From the human T2T-CHM13v2.0 reference genome, Homo sapiens: 64,000 nucleotides of DNA. This document shows positions 1 through 14,680 of the stretch, in pieces. The notes under the pieces were generated by a model. The model was given only the letters and a program-made list of their open reading frames with translations. It did no database searches and was not told where the DNA came from. Each line of letters opens with the position of its first letter. Position 1 is the first letter of the stretch. The position numbers were made by a program, and so were the translations under genes. The stretch lies in NCBI RefSeq assembly GCF_009914755.1, contig NC_060929.1; one strand, given 5' to 3'.

Positions 1-1913
1 CCACTGGTGCCATTCACTGCGAAAGAAAAATTTTCAAGATTCAACTACAAACTCAAGGAATGGCTTAGTGATGTGACAAAGGAAACTGTCTGTTGTATTT
101 CTGTGATGCTGAAACTTTCATTCTTATGTGAGAGCATTATACCAATAGCAAGATTTTCAACATGAAGTATCACATGGAGTTAGAATTAGGGAGCACGCTA
201 TCTTGGGGAGATACTTCCATTCCTCTTCTCATAATCTGCATAGTAAAGAATGCTCTATTTAATAGCAGGGTAGATCTTCTGTATTTGAAAACAAGGAGTA
301 TGTCAGCTGGAGATGAGCATTTCACTCCTGCTTTCCTCTTAAATTCTCCAAATTGAGTTTAGGGTTCAGGCGGATTTTTGCATCTGTTTTCTTTTTCTAG
401 CCCTGAAATTATTAGACATATTAGGGGCTGGAATGTTCAGGCTATCCTCAACATAATATTTCCTATACTGCACACATTAAATTGATTTTACTGAGCCAAT
501 TTCTCTGAATTCAAGTTGTATCTGCCGTAGTACCTTTCATTCCTCCCCTTGTTAGAACAACAACTTCTGGCAGCATGCCTCTCCAGAAAGACTGCCTAGG
601 GCCGCTTGACAGAAGACACCATTCCTAGGTTTTAACTCATTAGGTGACAGACTGTAGAAATTATTGTAAAAATTGAGAATATATTTGGTTCTCTCATTCT
701 TCTAAGCAACAGTTGAGAATTGTTTTTCTTTTTAGGATATCTTTTCATGGATATATTACAGAGAAATAAGAAAAGATAAATTTAGTTATATTTGTATCTT
801 CTAAAAAGACCATTATATTTATTTATAAAAATGTATTCATTTATTAATACACATCCATTATAATTACTTTACTTTAACATAAGTATGCAGAATGCCTAGT
901 AGTACAATATTACTTTTTGTATTCTCCACCTTAGTTTGGTAACATGACCCCTTTTTAGTCAATCATACAAGAAAATGACTTTGTCCTGAACCAAGGCAGG
1001 CTGCTGCTTTGAGAGGTCCCAAAGAACAGCAGGGGTTTTATAACATCAAGATAGTTCTTTCTGTGATAAATTTTACCTCTTTTGTTCAGGGCATGCATCA
1101 GAATTATCAACAAATAGTTAATTGGAAACAGTGCCTAGAATACAATTTTGAATATCATCCTTATTTTGTACAAAATATGGTTCTGTCATTTCCCACCCAG
1201 TTGAACTTGAGATTTTCATTTTGATGTTGAGAAAAAGAAAATTACAAGTAATAAAGTGATCAAAAGGCCATCTTCAGTGTAAGATTAATGCTGAGACTAG
1301 TATATTTACCATACAATTGTATAAGTAGAAGGTTTTTTATTTTTCTTTTTCTTTCTTCCTTTTTTGTAAGAAAGGAGTTTTAACTCTACATTTTGTGTTC
1401 ACTCCTCACTTAAAGTAAAATTGGGTTAGAAAAGAGAAATGTGTGAAAGCCGTATTTGGAGTTGCTTTGTATAATTAATGAGTCATCATCTCCCTCAAGC
1501 AGAGAATCAGGAAGCTAACCTTTGCTGACTGTGATTATTAGTCTGAGAACCTCTACATTCTGACTTGCTATTTTCTCATCCTTAAGATTGCAATCTTTAC
1601 TACTGTTCATATCATAAATGCTGAACCCAAAGGATTAGGCCCTAACCTAAAGGATTTCAACACCAATCTCTTCCAGAACTGAAGGTCTCTAAAGAGAAAT
1701 TAGAGCATTCTTTTCCAAATGCTACTAACCTCTGCTGGCTGAGTTACTGGACTAACTTATTAATGTTTAACCTCTCAGTCATAAAATGTTGGTAATAACA
1801 ATTTTATTTAGTCAAAGTGTCACATTGAATTTTATGGGAATGAACTTATTTTTCAGTGCCAATAACAAAGAAGTCAAATTAGGTAAATTTCTTTATGAGT
1901 GAAGAAAACATAA

Positions 1914-2172
<259 letters not shown>

Positions 2173-2176
2173 GTGA

Positions 2177-2478
<302 letters not shown>

Positions 2479-2744
2479 TGATTCCTAATTTTTAAAACAA
2501 TAGTATCTCCTTGAGTATCACATCATGTGTGTTGTTTACTAGTTCAAGTAACTTTTCAGCTGCCTTCTCTTTTGTGTTTTGTACTTTTTCTCAATGATTA
2601 GAGTTCTCTCACTATCTTTACTTCACACACACTATTAAATGATTGATGAATATAATAATCTAATCTACAGAATGTCTCTCCAATTACTTTGTCACTTGTT
2701 ACATTGTCAAATGTGCAACATATTTAATTAGCAAAAATACTACT

Positions 2745-3222
2745 TCTTTACTGATATGGATGCCCTTATTTCTTTCTCTCATCTGATTGCTCTGGCTAGG
2801 AATTCCAATAGTATGCTGAATAGAAATGGTGAAAGAAGATATCCTTGTCTTGTTCTAGATCTCAGTGGGAAAACGTCAACATTTCCCCATTCAGTATTAA
2901 TGTTGGCTGTGTGTCTGTCATAGATAGCTTTTATTACCATGAGGTATGTCCCTTCTATGCCGATCTTGCTGCGGTTTTAATCATAAAGCGATGCTGAATT
3001 TTGTCAAATGCTTTTTCTGCATCTATTGAGATAAGCATATGACTTGTGTTTTTAATCCTGTTTATGTGATGTTTCACCCTTATTGACTTGTATCTGTTAA
3101 ACCATCCCTGCATCCCCGGTATGAAACCCCCTTGATCATGGTGTATTATCATTTTGATATGCTGTTGGATTCACTTAGCTAGTATTTTGTTGAGGATTTT
3201 TGCATCTATGTTCATCAGGAAT
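2745..3222 (-). mobile_element. L1 ORF2 fragment, inverted 5' segment of a twin-primed L1PB-like insertion
   Basis: ORF 2955..3152(-) gives [18 protein letters not shown]...[13 protein letters not shown], the L1 RT domain; preceded by TSD aaaaatactact at 2733-2744. Confidence 0.93.
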
Positions 3223-5115
3223 TGCCGATGATATGACTGCATACCTAGAAAACCATAAAGACTCATCTAAAAAGCTCCTGGATTTGATAAATTAATTCAG
3301 TAAAGTTTCAAGATACAAAATCAATGTACACAAATCAGTAGCACTGCTATACACCAACAATAACCAAGCTAAGAATCAACAACAGCTGCAAAAAACTAAA
3401 ATGAAATGGTTAACAGTATACCTAACCAAGGAGATGAATGATCGCTACAGGGAAAACTATAAAACACTGCTGAAAGAAATCATAGATGACACAAACAAAT
3501 GAAAACACCATCCCATGTTCAGGAAGGGGTAGAATCAATATTGTGAAAGTGACCATACTGCCAAAAGCAATCTACAAATTCAATGTAATTCCAATAAAAA
3601 TACCATCATCATTCTTCACAGAACTAGGAAAAACAATCCTAAAATTCACATGGACCCAAAAAAGAGCCCACATAGCAAAAGCAAGACTCAGCATAAAGAA
3701 GAAATCTGGAGGCATCACATTACAAAACTTCAAACTATACTACAAGGTCGTAGTTACCAAAACAGCATGGTACTAATATAAAAATAAACAGTAGGCCAAT
3801 GGAACTGAATGGAGAACCCAGAAATATAGCCAAATATTTAAACAAACAAAAATATAAAATGGGAAAAAAGTACCCTATGCAACAAATGATACTGGGATAA
3901 TTGGCAAGCCACAGGTAGAAGAATGAAGCTGGATCCTCACCTTTATATTTCACCTTATATAAAAATCAACTCAAGATGGATCAAAGACTTAAGTCTAAGA
4001 CCCGAAACCATAAAAATTTTAGGTAATAACACTAAAAAACTCTTCTAGACATTGGCTTAGACGAAGACTTCATGAGCGACAACCCAAAAGCAAATGCAAG
4101 AAAAACAAAGATAAATAAATGGGACCTAATTAAACTAAAAAGCTTCTGCACAACCAAAGAAATAATCAGCAGAGTAATCAGACAATCCACAGAGTGGGAG
4201 AAAATATTTGCAAACTATGGATCTGACAAAACTGACATCCAGAATCTACAAGGAACTCAAATCAGAAAGAAAACCCCAAAGAAGGCTATCAAAAAATGGG
4301 CAAAGGACATGAATAGACAATTCTCAAAAGAAGATATACAAATGACAAAAAAACCATATGAAGAAATGCTCAACATCACTAATTATCAGGGAAATGCATA
4401 GCAAAACCACAATGAGATACCATCTTACTCCTGAAAGAATGGCCATAATTAAAAAATGAAAAAATAACAGATGTTGGCATGGATGTGGTGAAAAGAGAAC
4501 ACTTTTACACTGCTGGTGGGAATGGAAACTAGTACAACCACTATGGAAAACAGTATAAAGATTCCTTAAACAACTAAAAGCAGAACTACCATTTGATCCA
4601 ACAGTCCCACTACTGGGTATCTACTCAGAGGAAAAGAAGTCATTATATGAAAAAGACACTTGCACATGCATGTGTATAGCAGCAGAATTCATAATTATAA
4701 AAATATGGAACCAGCTTAAATGCCCATTGACCAACAAGTGGATAAAGAAAATGTGGTATATATGGACCATGGAATACTACTCAGCTAGAAAAAGGAATGA
4801 AATAATGGCATTTGTTACAACCTGGATGGAGTTGGAAACGTTATTTTCAGTGAAGTAACTCAGGAACAGAAAACCAAACATTGTATGTTCTCACTTATTA
4901 GTGGGAGCTAAGCTATGAGGACACAAAGGCATAAGAATGATATAATGAGCTTTGGGAACTTAGGGGGAAGGATAGAGGTGGGTGAGGGATAAAAGGCTAC
5001 ACATTGGGTACAGTATACACTGCTCTGGTGATGAGTGCACCAAAATCTCAGAAATCACCAATAAATAACTTTCCTGTGCAACCACGCACCATCTTTTTCA
5101 CCCAAAATCATTTAA
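3223..5115 (+). mobile_element. L1 (L1PB-like) 3' part: decayed ORF2 plus 3'UTR
   Basis: Starts at the FADD-like codons (ttgccgatgatatg); ORF2 remnants 3486..3776, 4072..4401, 4670..4858; 3'UTR 'ctacacattgggtacagt...ctcagaaatcacca'; TSD aaaaatactact at 5116-5127. Confidence 0.95.
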
Positions 5116-5901
5116 AAAAATACTACTAACACTAAATTGAACTTGTTTCATTTGTTGGGATGACATTAAAAACTCCCTAACTCTTGACTCCTGTGGTATT
5201 ACTCTGTGACTTCAGAGTAACCTCCCACTTGCCTGAACTTTAGCATTTACAAAATTTCTCCTATTTTTTCTGCCACTATCTTCTTCTACACTACTTGTAC
5301 CATTTTTTATTACAGTTATCCATTTCAACAACAAAAGTGATTATGTCACTCCCTTCCTTAAAAGCTTTGACTTCCTTTTGCATATTAGTTTTCCTTAGTT
5401 TGATGTAGAATCAATCCGCTTCAAACTTTGATTTGGTAGATAGGCAAATAGTCTCATCTGCAGTCTGAGTGATCCTCCTGTACTTTCAATAAGAGAGAAA
5501 CACAGAACCAGGTAAAATTATGGTTTTGCATCTCTGGCAGGAGCAGAGGTTAACACATTTAAATGTCAGCTGCAGTGTTATCGTTCCAGAAAAGTTGATA
5601 AAGACAGATTCAAATAGGAAGCCCAAAAACCAGATAGTTTAGGCGGAAAGCCTCAGATGTCACCACATCTGAGAAAAGATCGTTCAAAGCAGTGTCAAGT
5701 CTTAAATGGTTCAGTGGCCAAGGTAACCCATGGCAATGAGTCCAACAGGTAAATCTGTGGGAGCAAATCTGGCAGTATTATCATCTTAAGTCTGCTAGTA
5801 ACATTTTTATACAATTCAAATGTACTCAGAGGAATAGTAAGCTGACAGAGTATACAAAATGTTTAAAAGACCAATAGTGAGTGTAAAATTATCTCTTGCA
5901 T

Positions 5902-6295
5902 TTGTGTTAAATCAAATTGTATTGCTATAACAAGCAACCCCAAGTTCCTGGTGACTTATAACAGTAAACATGTATTCCTTGCTTATAAGCCTGCAAGTTA
6001 GCACTGCTTTACTGTGCATGTCTTCTCATCCCAGGATCCAGGTTGAAAAAGTAGCACCAATCTGGGACATGCTTTTCCCCTGGCAGAACAAAGAAGCACC
6101 TATCCAAACTGTGCAAACACATTTAAAGCTTTTGTCCAGTGTATGTCACATCTAAGAGCAAAAGCAAGTCACATGGCTCAGCATGGCAATGAAACAGAAA
6201 ATAATCTACCTATTGAGAGGCACGGTAAGAGTGGGCGTGAATTATACTCTTAGAGGGGAGATAGTGAATAATTAGGAACAACAACATCTACTATA
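5902..6295 (-). mobile_element. Old MaLR LTR (MLT1K/L-like)
   Basis: gctataacaagcaacccca...aggttgaaaaagtagcaccaatctgggacatgct...aagcaagtcacatggc resembles antisense MLT1. Confidence 0.7.
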
Positions 6296-8161
6296 AATAT
6301 CAAATATACTATACCTTGTGCTTATTTTCTACCTATCATTCAGAATTAATCATTTTAGTATAGTCAGCCTTACCTTCAGGTAATTTGAATATTTGGTATC
6401 ACAGGAACTCAGGCTGTGTATGATATCAGGTAATCAGCTATAGGAGAATGAATTAAGACTTCTAAGCAATGCGTATTTATTTTTATAATCATTTGTGTGT
6501 ATTGATTACATCTTTACTTGGATTACTGGAGCATAATCTAAACTTTTCAGACATTAATATACCATTATAAGGCATTTTCTTGTATCTGTTTTGACTATTG
6601 CCCTGATTCATGCTTCTTCATTTTTCTGATACTAAAGTGGATTTAAATACCATGCATCACTCCTCTTTCTCTATATGCAAGGTTGCCAGTGGGTAGACTT
6701 GGTGGATACAACACATAACGATCAATATTTTGTTTCTATATAATATTTTAGGAAACTAATTTAGAAAAATAATATTTAAAAAATTTCGTTGTATTTCTTT
6801 GTTAAGTGAATGTCATACTTTAAACATATTTTATGCAATGATCTATGTAAACATTATGATAGTAATTTATCATTAATAATATTATGAGCACAGATTTAAG
6901 GCAATGCTATTATACCATATCCGAAGTCTCAAAATAAGCACATTACATTTAGATTCAGGGTGGACTGCCAATTTAGACTTGGAGGAAACTCTAAAGATTC
7001 TGAAGAATTTAATAAAGTTTCATGGGTATCTATTAGATACTTGACTTTACTTTCAAGTCTAGGCATTCATACAGAATAAATTAAATAGAAATTGGACAAT
7101 CTGAGCTTCGGATAGTACAATTTTACATGAGACATACCTCTGAGTGGGTTAGAATAAGGCTCTATAATGAGCACATTTGAACAAAAATATAAGGGATAAT
7201 TGTTCAATAAAGGACTTGCATAAAATCATGAGAAATGAAATCTTTCTTTTACCCTAATTTGCAATTTGTTTCCTGTAAAATTTGTCTCTCTTTTTTAGTC
7301 CTGTTATCATTGCTATGCTGATTTTAGAAATCATAAAATAATGATAACATGTACATGAGAAAAACTGCTGTAACAACATTTAGTTCATATATCAGGAAGG
7401 TGAAATTTGGAGAAGTGTTTTACTTTTCCATTTATAAAGAAGAATCTCAGGATAGAGGTTTTTTTTAGTTAATTTATGTAATCATCTAGTTTGTGGATTA
7501 TTCGTTTAATTTGCTAATTTCCTACAGACTGAATTAAATCTATTCATTGTGTTGTTAATTGGGCAGAAATATAAAAAGAAATATTTCATCTATTCATTTT
7601 GCTACAGGATAATTGTGCTATAAAATTTCATAATAAATTGATTATTGGAATTCTTAGATGAGATAATATTCCTGTAGAAAGGGAAGATTTCATTTCACTT
7701 GATTTCCTTTTGCTGACTCTATGTGTGTCCTCCATGGTAATTTTACTACTTTTTTTTATTGTTTGTTTTCAGGATACATAATAATCTTAACATACATAAG
7801 CCTCCAAATTTTGCACTAGTTATTACTATTTACTTATGGTATTTTTGGAAAGGTGAGAAGACAAGATTTGTGATTAAGTATTAAAAAACATAGTAAATAA
7901 ATATTTATGAAGTATTTAATAATCAGCAAGATAGCGAGTTAAATATAGGACCTATTGATTATGTGGCAAGTGTAGAAAAAGACACTGGCAGACAGACCAC
8001 TTATAGGCTCTTTAAACTGCCACACCCATCCCTCCCACCCTCACTCCCTTAAAAGGCAAGTTTACTTCCTTAGTCAGTAAAGTACTCTCTGTACTAATGG
8101 TAGGGAGGAGAAAATTTAAGTATTTAGCCACCTAAAAAAGATGAAAATAAAATCTAGAGAA

Positions 8162-8241
8162 ATACACATATATGTGTGTGTGTGTGTGTATACATACACA
8201 CACACACACACATATATATATAGAGAGAGAGTATACACATA
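8162..8241. repeat. Compound (TG)8/(CA)8/(TA)n/(GA)n microsatellite forming a perfect inverted repeat
   Basis: Read directly; arms 8168-8191 and 8194-8217. Confidence 0.95.
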
Positions 8242-8319
8242 CAAGGAGTGAAGAAGTTAGAGGAGCTTGGCAGAAGAGAGGAAAGAAAATTGATTATAAA
8301 ACTCCAGAGCTTGATGGTG

Positions 8320-8392
8320 GCATATCAAAGGAATACAAGAGCCAACCTGAAAGATCTACAGGCCAAACCTGGAAGTTTGAGCAACAAATAAT
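8320..8392 (+). mobile_element. L1MC/MD-type 3'UTR fragment (left part)
   Basis: gaatacaagagccaacctgaaaga...ggccaaacctggaagtttgagcaacaaata matches old L1M 3'UTR. Confidence 0.65.
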
Positions 8393-8844
8393 GGTATTAT
8401 CTTTCACTGCTGTAACAAATTGCCACAAACCAGAAGACTTAACAAAAATTTATTCACTACCAGTCCTGAAGCTTAGCAGTCTGAAATCAAGGGGTTGGTT
8501 GGGTAACGTTCTCTTTCAAGGCTCTTGGGGAGAAGCCTTTGTGGCTTCTTCCTAGCTTCTGATTGTTGCCAGCCTTCCTTGGCTTGTAGACTAATCATTC
8601 CAATCTCACCCTCTGTCTTTACATGGCATTGCATTCTCCCCTATGGGTGTGTCAATGTCTATTTCTAAATTTTCTTCTTCTTAAAAGAAAGGACATCAGA
8701 AATACTGGATTTAGGGCCCATTCTAATCCAGTATGACCTCACCTTAACTTGATTAAATCTGCAAAGACCCTATTTCCAAATGATGTCACATTCATAGGTT
8801 CTGTGTGGACATAAATATTTGGGGGTACTAGTTAATTCAGTACA
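8393..8844 (-). mobile_element. MaLR solo LTR (MLT1B/C class)
   Basis: ctgctgtaacaaattgccacaaac...ccttggcttgtagac...tgcaaagaccctatttccaaat...cagtaca. Confidence 0.88.
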
Positions 8845-9703
8845 ATATTAGGTTACAACCTAAAGCATAAAACAGATAGGTGTGAATACATACTGATGAA
8901 GGCAAATCTTTAAATAAAATAAATATATGAGGATGAAGGGACACATCTTTCTTACAAAAGAATTCCAAATATACACATGGAGACTACCACTCTTAAAGGT
9001 GGAGCTTACTTCACCAGCGTCTCCCACCACCACAACACCTTGAGTGTTTGCTGAATTTAGTGATTTATACCCAAAGACTAGAGTATAGGAAATGAAAACA
9101 CAGTAACTTTACAGTAGTAAAGCCTAGCCAACATTGCCTTGTTCAAATGATTCAGGTTAACATCACCCAGTGACAAGTCATGTGACATCACCCAGTGACA
9201 AGTCAAGTCACATGCACACCTGATATGATGTGATCAGGAAGGAAATTTACCTGTGGGTTATTCTTCTTTATAATCCTTATAATCCTTAATCCCAGTCTAT
9301 GAGGAAAGTATCAGACAAGCCCACATTGAGGGATATTCTACAAAATACCTAACCCACATTGCTCAAAACTGGTAAAACATTAAAAACAAAGAAAGACTGA
9401 AAAATGACTAATGAAGACTGAGGAGGAAGACATGATGACTAAAAGCAAAGTAGTACCCTGGAATCAATCATGGAATAGAAAAAGAAAATTCATATAAAAA
9501 CTGGTGAAATTCAAATGAAGCCTTGAGTTTAGTTAATAGTAAATGTACCAGTGGTGACCTCTTAGTTTCCACAAGTTTACCATGGAAATGTAAGATGTTA
9601 ACATCCAAGAGACTGGATGAGGGGGTCAGGGAAACTCTCTGTATTATCTTTGCACATTTCCAAAATCTAAAATTGTTCCAAAATAAACAGTTTATTTTAA
9701 AAA
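8845..9703 (+). mobile_element. L1MC/MD-type 3'UTR (right part)
   Basis: Resumes after the LTR; ends gggaaactctctgtattatctttgcac...aaaatctaaaattgttccaaaataaacagttta. Confidence 0.8.
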
Positions 9704-9870
9704 GCACCTGGCATTGTTCTAAAATAAGAAAAATATAGATAATGATTTGACATGCAAGACTTTGGGGAAAGACCTGGGCAAAGAAGTGTAAAGAAATTTG
9801 ATAGCGTTGATACAACATACTGTGGCTTGTTGCCTTCTTAAGAGATTGTGGACATTAATTTATCTTTTAA

Positions 9871-10199
<329 letters not shown>

Positions 10200-12837
10200 T
10201 CAATGTAATTCTATACTGAGATTGACCTTAAGGTGGAAGACAAAAGGCTCAGTTTTACTTAGGTTGTATATATAAAATTTAAAAACAATCCATATCTTTC
10301 ATTGTATAGTTATAAGTATTGAAGAAATGCAAGCTCTCTTGTAGAAGAGTTTAAACTAAACTAGAAACACAATAAAAATTCAGAACACTATAAAATTTCC
10401 ATCTGCCTTTTCTTTGGTTAATAATATGACATTCTATCTTCTATTTAATATTCTAACCTCTCCAAATGAAGATTCTTCCTGATTCCTCTGCATCTTTCTC
10501 CAGAACCCTGCTTTGTTTAAAAGAAGTGTACAAATATTGACTATCAGATTTGTGACAATCCAATATGACTATGGCTATGACTCTCAAACTTAAAAAGTGT
10601 AACCCTAGTGAGTTCTGTATTTTGATGTTAATTAAATTCTTCTTTTTGAGTCACCTGATATTCAGTTTTCTGTAATTCTTTTGATTTTCAGGCATCCAAA
10701 ATTGTCAGGTGGCGTGAACTCTCTGAAACCAAATTATAGGCAAATCCAGTCAGTATTAGTAGCTAACTACCTATGAAAAGTTTTGAAGTGGAGTTTGCTT
10801 TTTTAAAAATAAAATGTACCTTTAGTTCTTGAATTAAATCCTATTTTGAAAAACTTTACAATGAATGAAAAGTAAAGCCTTCCTTTTCAACCAGTTTTCC
10901 CTAGCCTTGTGGAAATCCAACTACTGCCTAATTTTAAACCTTGTTTGTGAACACATTTGTATGAATGTTAGTTAGAGATGACTGTTTTACCTAAAGTGCT
11001 TACTTAAATATTGAAAGGGTTTTCAAAAATACACTATAAAAGTAAATTGAGAAACAAATTTAGCTTTTAGGAGGAGAAGAGAAGAATATGCGAGAACTCT
11101 TTTAATTAATACTAATATGTTCATGGCTGAATTTTCAATGTATACTTTAATTAAAACTCAATGCAAATATATTTTGATATATATATATAGTATATAATTT
11201 AAAGCCATATTTGTACAGATAGATTGGATAGAAAATGTTTAAATGTTGTTATAATTTACAAAATGTTTAGATGCATAGATAAGTAATAGAAATGATAGTT
11301 ATCTTCAGGAAATTTTAGTCTTGGGTATTTAAATTATCATCACACTTTTGCCATCATCATTTAGAATTTTAGTCTACAAACAATTAAAGATCTATGAATG
11401 AAACATGTAACCAAGTGTATAATTGCGCTTGTGGTGGAATATAAATTATCAGTGGAAATTTAGTGTTCTGATGAATCCTTAGGTGGGGGAAAAAAGGAGA
11501 TAAATAAATGGTGGTAGAGGAAAAGGTAATCATGAGAAGGAGGAGTAAACTAGTAAGTTGGTTTTCTGTACATATAAATCTCTGTGAAGGATGAGGTAGG
11601 GCCATGATTTTGGAAAGAGTGGGGAAGGAATAAATAGAGATAAAAACGTGAGCATAAGAGAAATAAAAGGGTACTGGGAATTTAAAAAGCAGAAAGAAGT
11701 GAAGAGCAAATTGAAGTAAGAACCATTCCAAAAGAACCACTGTCTTGAGTAATCAGTTTAAAATAACATCAGTACAATTTTATTTAACCTTTAGTTAAAA
11801 GTCATTTCCTACCACAGAACCATTTTTTGCTGGTCCCATGGGTTATCTCCTCAGATTTAATGGAATTTCTGTGTGAAATGTATGTACAACCTGTAGACTA
11901 ATTTCTATGGTTACGTTTCAGTGAAGATTAAATATTTAGTTTCATCAATAATATTTGTAACCACTTTGAGAAGAAAGACCCCATTTATTTTATTATTTTT
12001 GTTTCTCCTTTAAACAATTCATAGATCCTTCATAATAATTCATGTTTCTATAGGGACATTATGATGGTTTTCAGATCTTCACTGAATCATTTACTGGTAT
12101 TCTGCTAGTTGTCAGGAGAGTTTTAAAAGGTATATAATTAATTTAATCCCCATTAATTACTATAACTTCAACAGGCTTTTAAAAAATATTATGATTTAAA
12201 ATGATGCTGTGATGGAAAGAATCATCAAGATTGGCTGAGGATTGGCAAAATAAGTAAGATTTTATTTAAACAACTGAAAATTGTTATCATCCATTACTAT
12301 TTAGCAACAAAATGGGATATTTACTAATCATCAGTTTGACTAATTTCAATATCATTGAATATTGATATTTAATAATTAACTAACTGAAATTCCTTAAAAT
12401 AATGTCTATCTGAATTAGAAAATAAAAAATATATAAATATATTTAATCTTGTTAATTTTGATATGATCAGATAATTAAGTTTTCTAAATTGATTCTTAAA
12501 GAATCATCTTTAATAAGAATGCATAAAGTTGTTTGTAAATTAATAGAAACAGTTTTGAAGTTAATGGTCCTAAAAATAGTAAGTTTTCCTAGATGTTACA
12601 ACTGTCTTTTATAATTTAATGATCAAATTATTAATTTACTCAAATTATTTTTCCAACAAAATTAAAGGTAAACTTAAGCTTCTGGTTCAAATTGATCTAG
12701 TAAGTTCAAATCTGTCTGTATTTTCTTTGCCTCAGATTCTCCTTGAATTGACAGAAATGGTGAATTAAAATGAAAGAGAACATGACACTATGGAAAGAAA
12801 AAATAAAGTGTACCATTAGTGAATCAAAATTTTATAA

Positions 12838-13045
12838 ACATTTGGGACTACTAGATGGGGGAGGGTGGCAAGCGGGCAGGGGTACTGTTAGGTACCAAGC
12901 TTACTGCCTGGGTGACAGGATCATTGGGACTCCAAGCCTCAGCATCACACAGTATACCCAGGTGACAAATCTGAACATGTACCCTTTAATCTATAATAAA
13001 AGTTGAAATTTCTGAAGTAAATAAGTTAATAAATAATAAAAACTT
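12838..13045 (+). mobile_element. L1 3' end fragment (old L1PA/L1PB-like)
   Basis: ctgcctgggtgacaggatcatt...agcctcagcatcacacagtatacccaggtgacaaatctgaacatgtaccc...taataaaagttgaa followed by an A-rich tail. Confidence 0.85.
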
Positions 13046-13407
13046 ATGAGAATAGCATAAGTGAAATATGATTGGTAGGGAAATAAAAGAAGATGAAATT
13101 TAGCAGAAGTCATTAAGAGACCTCGAAGGTGAATCAACAAATAAAGAAGGCAGGGATAGGCGAGGGGGCAATCCAGGGTCATTTTTTAGACAGCTATTTT
13201 CCAAAGAGCTGGGACAGTAGAACTCTTCCTTTCCATACAGGTGTAAATAGAGCTATGGTTTGGTAGCAAAGGCTTTTGTTCCAGGGCTTAAGCCCAAGGA
13301 CTATTCTCAAAATGAAGTGCAAGTGGGTGATCTTTATAACAAAATTATCTTTGTGAAGATGCCGGGGTCTGACAGACAAGTGGAGCACATCCTAACATGA
13401 TTTTAGC

Positions 13408-13411
13408 CACA

Positions 13412-13456
<45 letters not shown>
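13408..13456. repeat. (CA)n microsatellite
   Basis: Read directly. Confidence 0.97.
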
Positions 13457-13457
<1 letters not shown>

Positions 13458-14640
13458 ACAAAATAAGTTTAAAATAAAAGGCAGAAGAGCACTTCTTTTG
13501 GTAGTAAAATGCACTGGACTACAGCCTGTAGGAGGCTCCTGCTCTGAAACCTGCAATTTTTCCCAGGGGCACTTCAAAGAGACTGGCTGTGAAAACATTC
13601 CCCTGACTTCCCCCACTTACACAGAACCTTCACTCAGGCTTCTCTTTCAGGTGAGAGGCCTCACGGGGAAATGGTAGTGAACAGAAGCAAACAGAATATG
13701 TGTCAGCTACCTGTGCTATTCAATATAGTTCATCATTTATAAATGTGACTACACATCCAAGAATCTTGAGAAAGTTGAGGTAAACCAACCATATGAAAGA
13801 CAAAGTCTAACATGAACAACAAAACAAACCTATCCATTTGTCATTAGGGCTAAGGGAAGTGGTGTAAAAGACTTTTCAGCAGCGGGGAGAGAGATTTGAT
13901 ATTATTTGAACCTTTTTGGAAGGTTATTTGACTGCAATTGTGAAAATTAATTTCAGGGGAGCTAGACTATAAGAAACCATTGAGAAAGTATTTCAATGAT
14001 TCAAAGGGTTTAATGATCATTAGAGAGGTGTGCTGAAAGGACATTCATGAATATAAGGGAAGTTTAAGAGGTAAACTTGGTGTGGATTAGAAGCGGGAGT
14101 GACAGAAAATCAGGAATCAAAGTGACCTACATTTTTGGCTTATCCTTTCACCATCATTCTTCTCATTTTGGAGGTCAGTGGCTTATTTTCTGACTTCCTG
14201 AGCCAAGTTATTTAGCAGGTGACTTTGTCCAATATGCTTTCTGCTGAAGCTGTGAGCAATGTACTAATGTAAAGATGGCCTTAGGTGTGTTAAATTCACA
14301 AGTATCTGATTTTGGCACCATGTAATGTCCAGTAGACCAGTTTGCATTAAGTGTCTGGATATAGTGTTCCCAGATCCCTTCATAAAGGAAGAATAACTTT
14401 AAAGTACAATAGTAACATAAATCAAAGAAAAACTTGACTTTGTAATAGAATAATTTTGACAAGGTTTGAGACTGTTAATTTTATATACACGTGCTTGTAA
14501 GTATTTATATATATAGATCAATATATATGTAATATATAATGAATATGTATTATAAAGAAATATTTAACATCTGTTTATAATTGCTGGAAAGATCTAATGT
14601 TTTGCATTTTAGAAAGCATAAGATCCATTGTGAAATACTT

Positions 14641-14680
14641 TGAATATTAGTATTGATAGTTGAATATTAGTATGGATAGT
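14641..14680. repeat. 20-bp tandem duplication
   Basis: tgaatattagtattgatagt / tgaatattagtatggatagt, one mismatch. Confidence 0.9.

Noticed and set aside
2955-4858. Reverse-transcriptase-like ORFs as a novel RT system
   Set aside because: These are frameshifted, stop-interrupted remnants of ordinary L1 ORF2.
8172-8555. 127-aa ORF
   Set aside because: It runs through a microsatellite, an L1M fragment and an MLT1 LTR, so it is a chance ORF.
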